A stretch of DNA of 38,728 bases from positions 1 through 38,728 of IMG/VR virus record IMGVR_UViG_3300033129_000671. One strand, given 5' to 3'. Source of the DNA: a virus (Duplodnaviria > Caudoviricetes). A program made the translations under genes and the position numbers. The notes under the pieces were generated by a model that worked only from the letters and a program-made list of their open reading frames with translations, was not told where the DNA came from and did no database searches. Positions within the stretch are counted from its first letter, which is position 1, and every line of letters begins with the position of its first letter. Below, one piece after another: positions 8,909 through 17,514 of this stretch.

Positions 8909-9268
8909 ATGACGTACGCATCACGCATCGCCGCCGCGCATGGCCGCATCCGAAACAAGTTCGGTGCGGTGACGGGCACAGAAAATCTTTACGTCTGGCA
9001 CAAAGGCGCGCAGATCCCGTGCTACGAATCCACAGGCCGCAACCAGCGCAATCTGCTGGCGGCAATGGTGGTCAAAGACGAGACTCTGACAGTTCATGCA
9101 ACAAAGGCGGCGTTTACGACTGCTCCTGAAACCGGAGACGAAGTAAAATTTGGCATTACTCTAGCGACAGCCAGAACTCTTCGCATCGACAGCATCCAGA
9201 CAAATACGATCCGCCCATTCTATGCTCTCGATCTGATCGACCCAAACAAGGAGGCGACAGCGGCATGA
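8909..9268 (+). CDS. Head closure / head-tail adaptor (by position)
   Basis: 119 aa beta-rich ORF, PETGDEV..G...LRIDSI pattern typical of stopper proteins. Confidence 0.55.
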   Translation: MTYASRIAAAHGRIRNKFGAVTGTENLYVWHKGAQIPCYESTGRNQRNLLAAMVVKDETLTVHATKAAFTTAPETGDEVKFGITLATARTLRIDSIQTNTIRPFYALDLIDPNKEATAA

Positions 9269-9891
9269 GTGCAACAATCACATTTGACGACGCTGCATTG
9301 CGCCGTGCTCTTATCCAATATGGGCAAATGAAGAACAAAACTGATGCCGATGTGGTAAATAAAGCCATGCGGTATTGGTTGCCATTTGCTGCAAAGAGAA
9401 TCAGGAAAAAGACGAAAGGACAAAAAAAGGTCACAAGGGACTTGATGGCTAGAGCAAAAAACCCAAAGAAATCAAACAACTTAGGGCAGTACAATAACAC
9501 TGTGGCGGCAGCGATTATTTTTGATCGCTTAAAGAAATCAGGGCGTCCAGTCCCTGTTAATATCGTGGAAAAGATAGATAATTTTTTTCACGCTAGAAAC
9601 AACTCAGTAAATTTTTTGCGAGCTGGATTTATTCCAGCTTATAAGCTTTTTAATGTTCCATTAAAAGGAACACCATCAAATCAAAGAGTCTTTAAAAACA
9701 GAAGCCAAGGCAAGCTGGCTACTGAATCACCTTTTTTTAAGGTAGAAGCGTTTGCTCGAAATGCACGAGAAGGAGCCGCAAAGATCGCTCCTGAAGCGTT
9801 TCGTGAGGCTCTTCCTGAAGTGACAGCGATTTTTATCAAGTTCATGAACCAAGACATGCAAAGAATCGCAAACAGCACAGGTTTCGCGTAA
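9265..9891 (+). CDS. Neck / tail completion protein (HK97 gp10-like by position and basic composition)
   Basis: Lys/Arg-rich 208 aa between adaptor and terminator; AT-rich. Confidence 0.5.
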   Translation: MSATITFDDAALRRALIQYGQMKNKTDADVVNKAMRYWLPFAAKRIRKKTKGQKKVTRDLMARAKNPKKSNNLGQYNNTVAAAIIFDRLKKSGRPVPVNIVEKIDNFFHARNNSVNFLRAGFIPAYKLFNVPLKGTPSNQRVFKNRSQGKLATESPFFKVEAFARNAREGAAKIAPEAFREALPEVTAIFIKFMNQDMQRIANSTGFA

Positions 9892-10376
9892 TGAACACTT
9901 ATCCAATCAATCCAAGCGACAGATTGCAACGCCGCATCTGTTCAGTTCTGACCAATGACCTCATTTCGCTCCCGTTATTTCTAGGTTTTTCTGCACGTAA
10001 TGGACGAGAGTTCACGCAGGAGAAATATCCGTTTTTCTCAGTTCAGGCCACAGACAATCAGGAAGTTTTTCCGGGAACTAATGCTTGGCGAGTCGGAATC
10101 ACTGTTGCCATGGTCGAGGATAGAGAAGAGGCAAACCAGACATTTGGCAGTGACACCCGGCCAAGGCATGAATTGCGCGCAGAAAACGTCACCGCTCGTC
10201 TGTTTGGCGTATGGAATGGTTTGTCGCTGCCTGATGCGATTAACGCCATCGACAACGCTGAGGACATTTACGTGGTAAAGATGTATGCAAAATCTCAGGC
10301 AAACGGCACTATGAGCGAAGACGAGATTTCAACCGAGTACAGTTTCACCGTAGTTTGCGCGACTACAGAACAGTAA
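9891..10376 (+). CDS. Tail terminator-like protein
   Basis: 161 aa with KYPFFSV pattern, directly before the tail tube gene. Confidence 0.5.
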   Translation: MNTYPINPSDRLQRRICSVLTNDLISLPLFLGFSARNGREFTQEKYPFFSVQATDNQEVFPGTNAWRVGITVAMVEDREEANQTFGSDTRPRHELRAENVTARLFGVWNGLSLPDAINAIDNAEDIYVVKMYAKSQANGTMSEDEISTEYSFTVVCATTEQ

Positions 10377-10378
10377 GA

Positions 10379-10401
10379 TTGACACACCCGTCAATAATAT
10401 G
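10379..10401 (+). promoter_or_regulatory. TTGACA-N14-ATG element 4 (tail tube)
   Basis: TAAGATTGACA, TTGACA 10379-10384, ATG 10399. Confidence 0.75.
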
Positions 10402-10800
10402 GCCGCCGTCGATGCAATCATCCGCTATGGGAATATTCCTTCAACTACCTTGTTGAATGAATCAAATCCAACCACGCCAGATATTCTGGTGCAGTCACTG
10501 ACCACCACTGCTACGCGGGATGAAAAAGCCTATATGGATGCGCGGGGTGTCACGTTTGCGCTAGAATACCGCAACCCGACGATTTCGTTTGCCTTTGATG
10601 GATATATCAGCAACCGCACTGGCGCGCTCTCTAATGGCCATCCGGGCGAGCAAGTAATGGCATTAGCAAACTTTACCGCCGACACTTTTGGTTTTGTGCC
10701 TACTGATGGCGTAATGGTTTATCTTGATCCAAGCCGGTCTGAGACGAACGAAGAAATTGCAAAGACGACCTTTACAGTTAAGCAATATCCGTTTGTGTAG
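10399..10800 (+). CDS. Major tail (tube) protein
   Basis: 133 aa Thr-rich beta protein in the canonical position upstream of chaperone and tape measure. Confidence 0.6.
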   Translation: MAAVDAIIRYGNIPSTTLLNESNPTTPDILVQSLTTTATRDEKAYMDARGVTFALEYRNPTISFAFDGYISNRTGALSNGHPGEQVMALANFTADTFGFVPTDGVMVYLDPSRSETNEEIAKTTFTVKQYPFV

Positions 10801-10803
10801 TGG

Positions 10804-11205
10804 ATGCACACATGGATTCCATGCAATGACCTTGATCTAGCGGCGGCGTTTGGCACAATCGGCGTGCCAATGAAGCCCGACGTGCAGGTAAGAGCGGACA
10901 CGGGCAAGGAATATGTGACAGTGTTTCTTGCCACTGAAAGCGCAACCAATCCCGAGTTTCGCACTGGGCAATTGATGAAGCTCTTGAAAAGCGGAGAACT
11001 TGAAAAAGTCGATCCAGAGCATCCATTGCTTTATGCAATAACGGCAATCAAGAACAGGCACGCCGTCACCCGCGCGGTACAGGCAGCGGAAAGGATGATC
11101 TTGATCAGCATCAAAGGGAGCAAGCGGACTGCCTACGTGCGAGAAAATATTACAGGTGAGGGGCTTGCAATGGCTGAACGATTCCTGCATAGTGGCAGAC
11201 CATGA
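10804..11205 (+). CDS. Hypothetical protein in tail module
   Basis: 133 aa ORF with ATGA overlap to the next gene. Confidence 0.65.
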   Translation: MHTWIPCNDLDLAAAFGTIGVPMKPDVQVRADTGKEYVTVFLATESATNPEFRTGQLMKLLKSGELEKVDPEHPLLYAITAIKNRHAVTRAVQAAERMILISIKGSKRTAYVRENITGEGLAMAERFLHSGRP

Positions 11206-11654
11206 ATTCACTCGCCGAAAGAGACATTTCAATTCTTGACCTTCCAACAGAACAAGCTGCTGAAAAGAAGAGGGAAGCCGCCTTTAACAGCGGTTATTCA
11301 TGGGGCGGCAAACAGTTTGAAGGACTGACTTCGGCTAGAAAGGATCTCTGGTCATCACTCTGCCACAAAGCCGGATTTCCTTTACTCCAGCAGTGTTTTG
11401 ACGACGTGGTTTTGTTTACGCCTTTAGCAAAAGCGTTGATCTTTGTTTGCTCGACACCAAAGGCAGAACTAAAGGAGTTGAGAGCGCAAGGAATGGCGGC
11501 TGCCTTGGATGCGTTTGAAGATTGGTGCGACGAAAAAGCTCCAATCAGCATGGAGGCTGAAGCCGTCTCTCTTGGTATTAGAATCCTAAACGATTCATCT
11601 GCCAATCAGTCTGAAGTCTTGCCGGCGGAAGGGGTTCAAGTAAAAAAGCCTTAG
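11202..11654 (+). CDS. Tail assembly chaperone (gpG-like)
   Basis: Upstream of tape measure; ends GTA AAA AAG CCT TAG with slippery heptamer A AAA AAG. Confidence 0.7.
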   Translation: MNSLAERDISILDLPTEQAAEKKREAAFNSGYSWGGKQFEGLTSARKDLWSSLCHKAGFPLLQQCFDDVVLFTPLAKALIFVCSTPKAELKELRAQGMAAALDAFEDWCDEKAPISMEAEAVSLGIRILNDSSANQSEVLPAEGVQVKKP

Positions 11655-11887
11655 CGTATCCGGTCTGGTCTGCCTATTACGTCGCCTTAGTGCATCAAAT
11701 GACCGGGCTGGATGAGGATTCCATTCTGTGGGATCTTCCTTTGTCACGAGGATTGGCGTACATGCACGTCTCTTACTTAATGCAAGGCAATGAGACCCAA
11801 TGGCCAAGCGACGGACGAGAAAGCGTTGTGATGGCTGACGTTCGTAGAATGTTAAAAAACAAGCCTTGGCGTAAGCTTGACATCTGA
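11642..11887 (+). CDS. -1 frameshift extension of tail chaperone (gpT-like part of a gpGT fusion)
   Basis: -1 frame is open from the slippery site (ALAYPVWSAYYVALVHQMTGLDEDSILWDLPL...) to TGA 11885-11887. Confidence 0.7.
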   Translation, partial: KKALAYPVWSAYYVALVHQMTGLDEDSILWDLPLSRGLAYMHVSYLMQGNETQWPSDGRESVVMADVRRMLKNKPWRKLDI

Positions 11888-11899
11888 CAATCAGCAATG
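11877..11899 (+). promoter_or_regulatory. TTGACA-N14-ATG element 5 (tape measure)
   Basis: TAAGCTTGACA, TTGACA 11877-11882, ATG 11897. Confidence 0.7.
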
Positions 11900-13423
11900 G
11901 TCTCTCTTGATGCACTACTAAGGCTAAACTCTACCGGCTTTCAAGCCGGTTTAAATCAAGCCATTCTCGCATCCAACGCGGCTGTGTCGCAGATGTCGAA
12001 TCAGTTCAACACGCTGCGCAATGTGGCGGCGTTTGGAGCTGTTGGTGCAGCCATTGGGTCTTTAAGTGGAAAAATTATAGAAAGCACTGTAAGTTTTGAG
12101 AAATACAAAAGGCAGTTGGCTTTGGTGACGGGTGGGATTGAATCAGCCAACAAGAAATTTAAGGAGCTGCAAAAGGTCGCTTTGCAGCCGGGAATGGATC
12201 TGGCATCCACAGTTGATGCGCAGATTCGCCTTCAGACAATGGGCTATACTGCGGAAGAAGCCACCGGGCACATTCAAACGCTTGGGAAAAATGTCGCAGC
12301 GTTTGGCGGCGGCGGCGAAGAAATGAAAGGCGTCATTATGGCGTTTTCTCAGATTAGCTCAAAAGGCAAAGTGTTTGCGGAGGAAATCAATCAGATTGCG
12401 GAACGGCTTCCAACCGTTCGTAATTTGATGAAACAGGCCTTTGGTACTTCCAACACGGAAGAGCTGCAAAAAATGGGCATTTCTGCGAAAGAATTCACAG
12501 ATAAAATGCTTAACGGGATGGCCAATGCTCAACCAGTGGCTGCCGGACTGGATGAAGAGCTGAAGAAGATAAAGATGACGATGGCGTCCATTACAGCAGA
12601 CGAAAGCGGATTTCTTTCGTCTTTTTTGGGTGGCGTAAACGAAGGTATTACCAAAGCCAATGACTTTCGCAAAGCTTTAATTTCTGTTTATGAGACGTTT
12701 TTGATCAATGAGGATCAATTAAACTCCTATCGGGATGCTCTGGCATTTTCCGTAAAAATGCAGGAGAAATTAACGGCAGCGCAATCACAAACAAAAACGG
12801 AAGCCGAAAAAAAAGAAGCCGACGAGAAGAAGTCTATTGCTGATAAGATAAAGCGTGAAGCTGAATACGTTAAGACTTTAAATCAAAGAATGAAGGTAAT
12901 GTCTCTCAGTACTCAAAATATTGAGGACGATCAAACCAAGCTCGACATGGTAAACAAGGAAATCGCATCCATTTACCATATGAGCGATCTTATTTTAAAG
13001 CTAAACAAAGCAAGAGAGAATGGGACAGCTTTGACCGAAGCCGACGCTACGGCGGTTGAAAGAGGTTTAGGGCTTCTAAAACAGAAAGACGGACTAGAGA
13101 AATCCATTCTTGAAAAGAAAAAAGCGCAGTTTGAGAAAGACGTAAATAAGCAGATGCTGGGGCCAAGAGAACGTAGAGCGCAGATGCGTGAAGAGAACGA
13201 CCGCAAAAGGGCAGAAAAGCTTGTGGCCAGAAGAGGTTTTGAAAAAGAGGTTAATGATGAATGGAAGAGAATGCAAAAGGAAGGAAACATTGATCCATTT
13301 ATGAACAAGGAAAGATTACGACGAGACATGGCGAAAGAGAAAGTCGGCAATGAAGATCAGAAAAAAGCTAATGAAACGCTTCAGAGTATTTTTAATGTCT
13401 TAACCCGTCTCGCGACTGCTTAA
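11897..13423 (+). CDS. Tape measure protein (short, 508 aa)
   Basis: Tape-measure domain AFSQISSKGKVFAEEINQIAERLP; helical, with a charged C-terminal half. Confidence 0.88.
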   Translation: MVSLDALLRLNSTGFQAGLNQAILASNAAVSQMSNQFNTLRNVAAFGAVGAAIGSLSGKIIESTVSFEKYKRQLALVTGGIESANKKFKELQKVALQPGMDLASTVDAQIRLQTMGYTAEEATGHIQTLGKNVAAFGGGGEEMKGVIMAFSQISSKGKVFAEEINQIAERLPTVRNLMKQAFGTSNTEELQKMGISAKEFTDKMLNGMANAQPVAAGLDEELKKIKMTMASITADESGFLSSFLGGVNEGITKANDFRKALISVYETFLINEDQLNSYRDALAFSVKMQEKLTAAQSQTKTEAEKKEADEKKSIADKIKREAEYVKTLNQRMKVMSLSTQNIEDDQTKLDMVNKEIASIYHMSDLILKLNKARENGTALTEADATAVERGLGLLKQKDGLEKSILEKKKAQFEKDVNKQMLGPRERRAQMREENDRKRAEKLVARRGFEKEVNDEWKRMQKEGNIDPFMNKERLRRDMAKEKVGNEDQKKANETLQSIFNVLTRLATA

Positions 13424-13425
13424 TT

Positions 13426-14094
13426 ATGCCGATTCCATCCACTGAAACATTTTGGCCATCCGGCACCACGCCAATTCTCGCGGAAAACGGCCTTCGTTTT
13501 TCCGTGTCCGAGATTGGATTCGACACGATGACGATGAAATACTACGCGCGGACGGATACCCCTGTTGCGTATGCGGAGACCAACTTCAATGGCGGCATAT
13601 CGGTTGGGCTTTTACTTGGCGTTACGTATGCCAATATGTTTTTCAACGGCGTCAGTATCAATCAGGACGGATCGAACATTTATTCGTTCGAGGTGCAGGC
13701 GGCTGGGCTTTTGAATGCTACACTTGACCAACCGATTAAACGCACCGTATCCAGCAAGATCCAGTCATACAAGACCGGACTTGGCACAGTGCCGGGGACT
13801 AGCAACACGGGCGAGATCCAAGGCCAGTACATTAACCTGTCCTGCACGTTTAATTACGTCACTTTCAATATGCCTACAACGGACACAACTCCTGTTGCGC
13901 CCGGAGGTCCCACCAGTTTGCCTGCTGCACCAGCTAATCCTTTCACCTCGATCACAACTCCGATCTACAACTACCCATACGGATGGATGAGAGATGGGCT
14001 TGATGTTGACATGATCAATGGGACGAATCGAGCCACCAGCGTGTTCCTTGTGAAAGAAAGCTGGGTTTACATCTATCCCGTGATGCCCGGTTGA
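13426..14094 (+). CDS. Tail tip protein (distal-tail-like by position)
   Basis: 222 aa beta-rich ORF directly after tape measure. Confidence 0.5.
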   Translation: MPIPSTETFWPSGTTPILAENGLRFSVSEIGFDTMTMKYYARTDTPVAYAETNFNGGISVGLLLGVTYANMFFNGVSINQDGSNIYSFEVQAAGLLNATLDQPIKRTVSSKIQSYKTGLGTVPGTSNTGEIQGQYINLSCTFNYVTFNMPTTDTTPVAPGGPTSLPAAPANPFTSITTPIYNYPYGWMRDGLDVDMINGTNRATSVFLVKESWVYIYPVMPG

Positions 14095-14095
14095 T

Positions 14096-14974
14096 ATGCT
14101 GCCAGATCTTCCAGTCATCGACCCGAAAGTAAACGGTGCGCGGTCCGGGTGGCTGCTCAACCGGCTGGTGGATCGCATCCGTTTGCAGCGGCTCATCTCT
14201 TCGGAAACCGTCACAATCACGGAGACGAAGGACGGACAGATTATCGACCGCGTGGGGTCGGGTGGAGTGGTGGCTCCTTTCGCTCTAGGCTTCGCTGTGT
14301 CGCTAGACGGGACATCGGTGGTGGTAGCGGCAGGCAAAATCGTGTACCCACTCTGGGGTGCGATCCTTGGCGACAATCCAACACCGGGCGACTGGCAACG
14401 AGAGGTCAACTATATCGGCGGGTCACTGAGCGGCACGGTCTCGCAGGTCTGGCTTCAGGTTTTGTGGTCGGAAAGCGACACCACTACAACCGGGCCGCTC
14501 GGGACGACCACTTACGACATTTCAGGCGCGAAGGGTGGACGCGGCGGCGGCGGCGGGGGCGGTGGTGCGGCTGCCGGCGTACAGCCTGACATTCAAGCGA
14601 CCGCAGGAGATGCTGGCGCTAACGGTGATGATACTGGACTAGGAGGTGCCGGCGGCATCGTTATGGATTACGATACGATTCCGCCGTCACAAGTGACCGG
14701 GCTCGGCAACAGCTACGGAGCGAGCGGAGGCGCCGGCGGCTACGGCGGAGCAGGTGGAGACGGTGGCAGTGCAACATTTACACGCAGAACAAAAGGTACC
14801 GCACAAATCCGCAAGTGGAGCATCAACGGGATCTCGTTACACGCATCAAAGGGCACATCAAGCGAGGCATCATCGTGGATTCAGTTGGCATCCATTAGCG
14901 GCACAACCATCACGCAGCACGTCGTCGGTATGATCTCAATCACGCCTCCGGCCATCACCTTCATCATCGCCTAA
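14096..14974 (+). CDS. Glycine-rich tail tip protein, paralogue 1
   Basis: MLPDLP start, central poly-Gly segment, QIRKWSI and ITQHVVG shared with the next two genes. Confidence 0.75.
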   Translation: MLPDLPVIDPKVNGARSGWLLNRLVDRIRLQRLISSETVTITETKDGQIIDRVGSGGVVAPFALGFAVSLDGTSVVVAAGKIVYPLWGAILGDNPTPGDWQREVNYIGGSLSGTVSQVWLQVLWSESDTTTTGPLGTTTYDISGAKGGRGGGGGGGGAAAGVQPDIQATAGDAGANGDDTGLGGAGGIVMDYDTIPPSQVTGLGNSYGASGGAGGYGGAGGDGGSATFTRRTKGTAQIRKWSINGISLHASKGTSSEASSWIQLASISGTTITQHVVGMISITPPAITFIIA

Positions 14975-15870
14975 TGCTGCCGGACATTCCCAACTTTAAC
15001 CTTGGCGACGTGCATATCCTGACCGGCAAGATGCTGGAACGGATTGTAAATAGGATTAGACTCCAGACGCCAATCGCTGGCGACAACCTGCGGATGGAGG
15101 AAACAAATGCGGGGATTCTACTTCACGCAGACCAAGCGATTCAGACCTCGCCGACGATCAGCATCAATCATGACTTCAAGGCGTCACTCCCGGCCACCAA
15201 CTCTCTCGACATCACGGCAGGGCGAGTGATTGGCACCACATGGGGCACACCAACCATGAGCGATCCGCTGCCGACAGACTGGCTGGCGGAGCAGTTTACT
15301 GTCGGACCGTCCACGCTCACGGTGACGGACGGTCAAAGCGTGTGGCTGCGGATTCAATGCTCGCAGACCGACGTGGATATGAACGGCACACTCTCAGCGA
15401 CTGGGGCGAGCACGATTACAGTCACAACCGGCGGGGGCGGTGCAGGTGGTGGCGGCGGCGGCGGCGGTGCAGGTGGAGACGGGACAACTGGCTACGCTGG
15501 AGACGTTGGCGCTTCGGCGTCTGGGCAAACTCCGGGTGGCGTTGGGACGACTAACGCACTCGGTGGAACTGCTGGTGGGGAGAACTCCGGCACTCCGGCA
15601 GAAGGTGGCAATGGGGGCAACGGTGCGGCTGGTGGTAACGGTGAGACAAAATCCTTTACGCAGTACACAAAGCTTTTGATGGTTTTCCGCAGGTGGCAAA
15701 TCACGTCTGCAAGTCTTGAAGTACACACCACCAAGCCAACCGCATCACCGGCGACCAATATTTACGTTCGGATCGCGTCACAAACAGGTGGTGTGGTGAC
15801 TCAATACCATGCTGGCTCGTACCACGTAACGCTGCCAGCAACAACCTATATAAGCTCCGTTGTTCCCTGA
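14974..15870 (+). CDS. Glycine-rich tail tip protein, paralogue 2
   Basis: MLPDIPNF start, poly-Gly segment, FRRWQI, VTQYHAG. Confidence 0.75.
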   Translation: MLPDIPNFNLGDVHILTGKMLERIVNRIRLQTPIAGDNLRMEETNAGILLHADQAIQTSPTISINHDFKASLPATNSLDITAGRVIGTTWGTPTMSDPLPTDWLAEQFTVGPSTLTVTDGQSVWLRIQCSQTDVDMNGTLSATGASTITVTTGGGGAGGGGGGGGAGGDGTTGYAGDVGASASGQTPGGVGTTNALGGTAGGENSGTPAEGGNGGNGAAGGNGETKSFTQYTKLLMVFRRWQITSASLEVHTTKPTASPATNIYVRIASQTGGVVTQYHAGSYHVTLPATTYISSVVP

Positions 15871-16735
15871 TTTTCCAAACTTCTTCGGCAATCTGCACTA
15901 CTTTCTCAAGGGGAAGACGTTAAACTTGTTTCGCAAGGCGCTTTATGAGCAAGTGCCGATTCAAGGTGCCGGCATCACTCTGCAAGAGACAAATGACGGC
16001 ATCATCATCACGTCACGAGCAGGCAAAGCGACGACGACGGCCAGCGTGATTGATTTTACTGGCACACTCTCTGGCGGGGACGTGACGATTCGCGGCGGCA
16101 AAGTGCTGGGCACATCGTGGAGAACATACACGCCAAACGATCCAAGTAGTGGCGGCTGGACTGAATCGGTGGCAACCGTAGCCGGCGCAACCTTGGCAGT
16201 GGCGGACGGCTTCTCAATCTGGCTTGAGATCACAATCACGCCGACAACAAACCCGGTGGTGGGTGCGCTTTCTACTGCGGATCAGCAGACACTCACGGTA
16301 GTCGGCGGCACGGGTGGGGGCGGCGGTGGGGGCGGCGGTGGTGGCGCAGGTGGTTTGACCACGGGCGGAGATGGAATAAATGGAACAACCGGATCAAATG
16401 GTGCGGCGGGGTCACCGGGTGCGGGCGGTGCCGGCGGAGGTCCGGGGACTAATGCGCCAAGCACGGGAGACGAAGAAGGCGGCAACGGCGGAAGCGGCGG
16501 GTACGGTGAGGCTGGAGAGTACGGCTTGTCGGTCTCGTTTCAGAACTACACGAAAGCGGCGGCACAGATCCGCCGGTGGAGTGTATCGGGTGCGTCGTTC
16601 GTGGTATCGGCCAGCAAGCCGGCATCTAGTGCGACAACTGCAAACCTCCGCCTTCTCAGCCGATCCGGATCGACCATCACGCACCATCAAGTCGGATCGG
16701 TGTTTTTAAGCCTTCCAAGCGTGACCTTCATCTAA
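15860..16735 (+). CDS. Glycine-rich tail tip protein, paralogue 3 (TTG start)
   Basis: MFPDFPNF start aligns with the paralogues; poly-Gly segment, QIRRWSV, ITHHQVG. Confidence 0.75.
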   Translation: MFPDFPNFFGNLHYFLKGKTLNLFRKALYEQVPIQGAGITLQETNDGIIITSRAGKATTTASVIDFTGTLSGGDVTIRGGKVLGTSWRTYTPNDPSSGGWTESVATVAGATLAVADGFSIWLEITITPTTNPVVGALSTADQQTLTVVGGTGGGGGGGGGGGAGGLTTGGDGINGTTGSNGAAGSPGAGGAGGGPGTNAPSTGDEEGGNGGSGGYGEAGEYGLSVSFQNYTKAAAQIRRWSVSGASFVVSASKPASSATTANLRLLSRSGSTITHHQVGSVFLSLPSVTFI

Positions 16736-16737
16736 GA

Positions 16738-16760
16738 TTGACATCCCGCCGCATTTTATG
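16738..16760 (+). promoter_or_regulatory. TTGACA-N14-ATG element 6
   Basis: TAAGATTGACA, TTGACA 16738-16743, ATG 16758. Confidence 0.75.
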
Positions 16761-17510
16761 CCGAACACGTTCGCTCTCACTCTCAAGGCGCAAAACTCCT
16801 ACCCAGCATCGTCAGTGGTGCAGGCAGCGACGCAGCAGATTCCTGACTTGTCCTTCTCTGAGAATGATCTGATCTCAGGCGTGTTCGAGGTGTTTGGTAA
16901 TAGCACGGCTTCCGCCAACACGCTGGCCACCAGCGGGACGACGGTCAATTCAGTGCTCGCCGGTGGGAGCGCAGTTCCTCTGACTAACCCAATCACGAAT
17001 GCGACATTGGCGTTCAACTACTGGCGCGGACTTTACATCACCGTCACTCAGCGTGACCCATTAGTGGCTCCCGCTTCTGTTCGTCCGTCTGCTCTCTCGA
17101 CTACATCGCTCGCCATCGAAGTCGCATCTAAAGCCTTCACGGTTGCGGCGTCACTTGGCTACGTGGCCGGGATGCGAGTACGCGCGACATCCGCAGCCAA
17201 CGCAGCGAACTTCATGGAAGGCACTGTGACCACTTACTCATCGACCACGCTGACGGTTGCGGTCGATACGATTGGCGGTACTGGCACGCTGGCAGATTGG
17301 ACGATTACTGGCCTGATCTGCGCGCAGATCAAAAGCGACGGATTCGGTGGGGTGGTGACGAACACGACTGTTCCTCTTCCAATCTACGAAGGCGGCTCGT
17401 TCATCTACAGCACACCGACAGGACGCAAGTCGGCAACCAGCCAAACGCTGACTATCCTTCTCAACGGAACAACCGGTCTGAACGTCAACGTGTTGGTCAT
17501 CGGCTCATAA
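16758..17510 (+). CDS. Virion structural protein with an inserted beta module; paralogue of the next gene
   Basis: Thr/Ser/Ala-rich; both termini align with 17515..18009; insert TSLAI...NFMEGTVTTYS...GGTGTLADWTI. Confidence 0.7.
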   Translation: MPNTFALTLKAQNSYPASSVVQAATQQIPDLSFSENDLISGVFEVFGNSTASANTLATSGTTVNSVLAGGSAVPLTNPITNATLAFNYWRGLYITVTQRDPLVAPASVRPSALSTTSLAIEVASKAFTVAASLGYVAGMRVRATSAANAANFMEGTVTTYSSTTLTVAVDTIGGTGTLADWTITGLICAQIKSDGFGGVVTNTTVPLPIYEGGSFIYSTPTGRKSATSQTLTILLNGTTGLNVNVLVIGS

Positions 17511-17514
17511 TCTT

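Noticed and set aside
14540-16510. GGC-rich tracts as DNA microsatellites or DGR variable repeats
   Set aside because: They encode poly-Gly with mixed synonymous codons; no reverse transcriptase and no adenine-specific repeat pair seen
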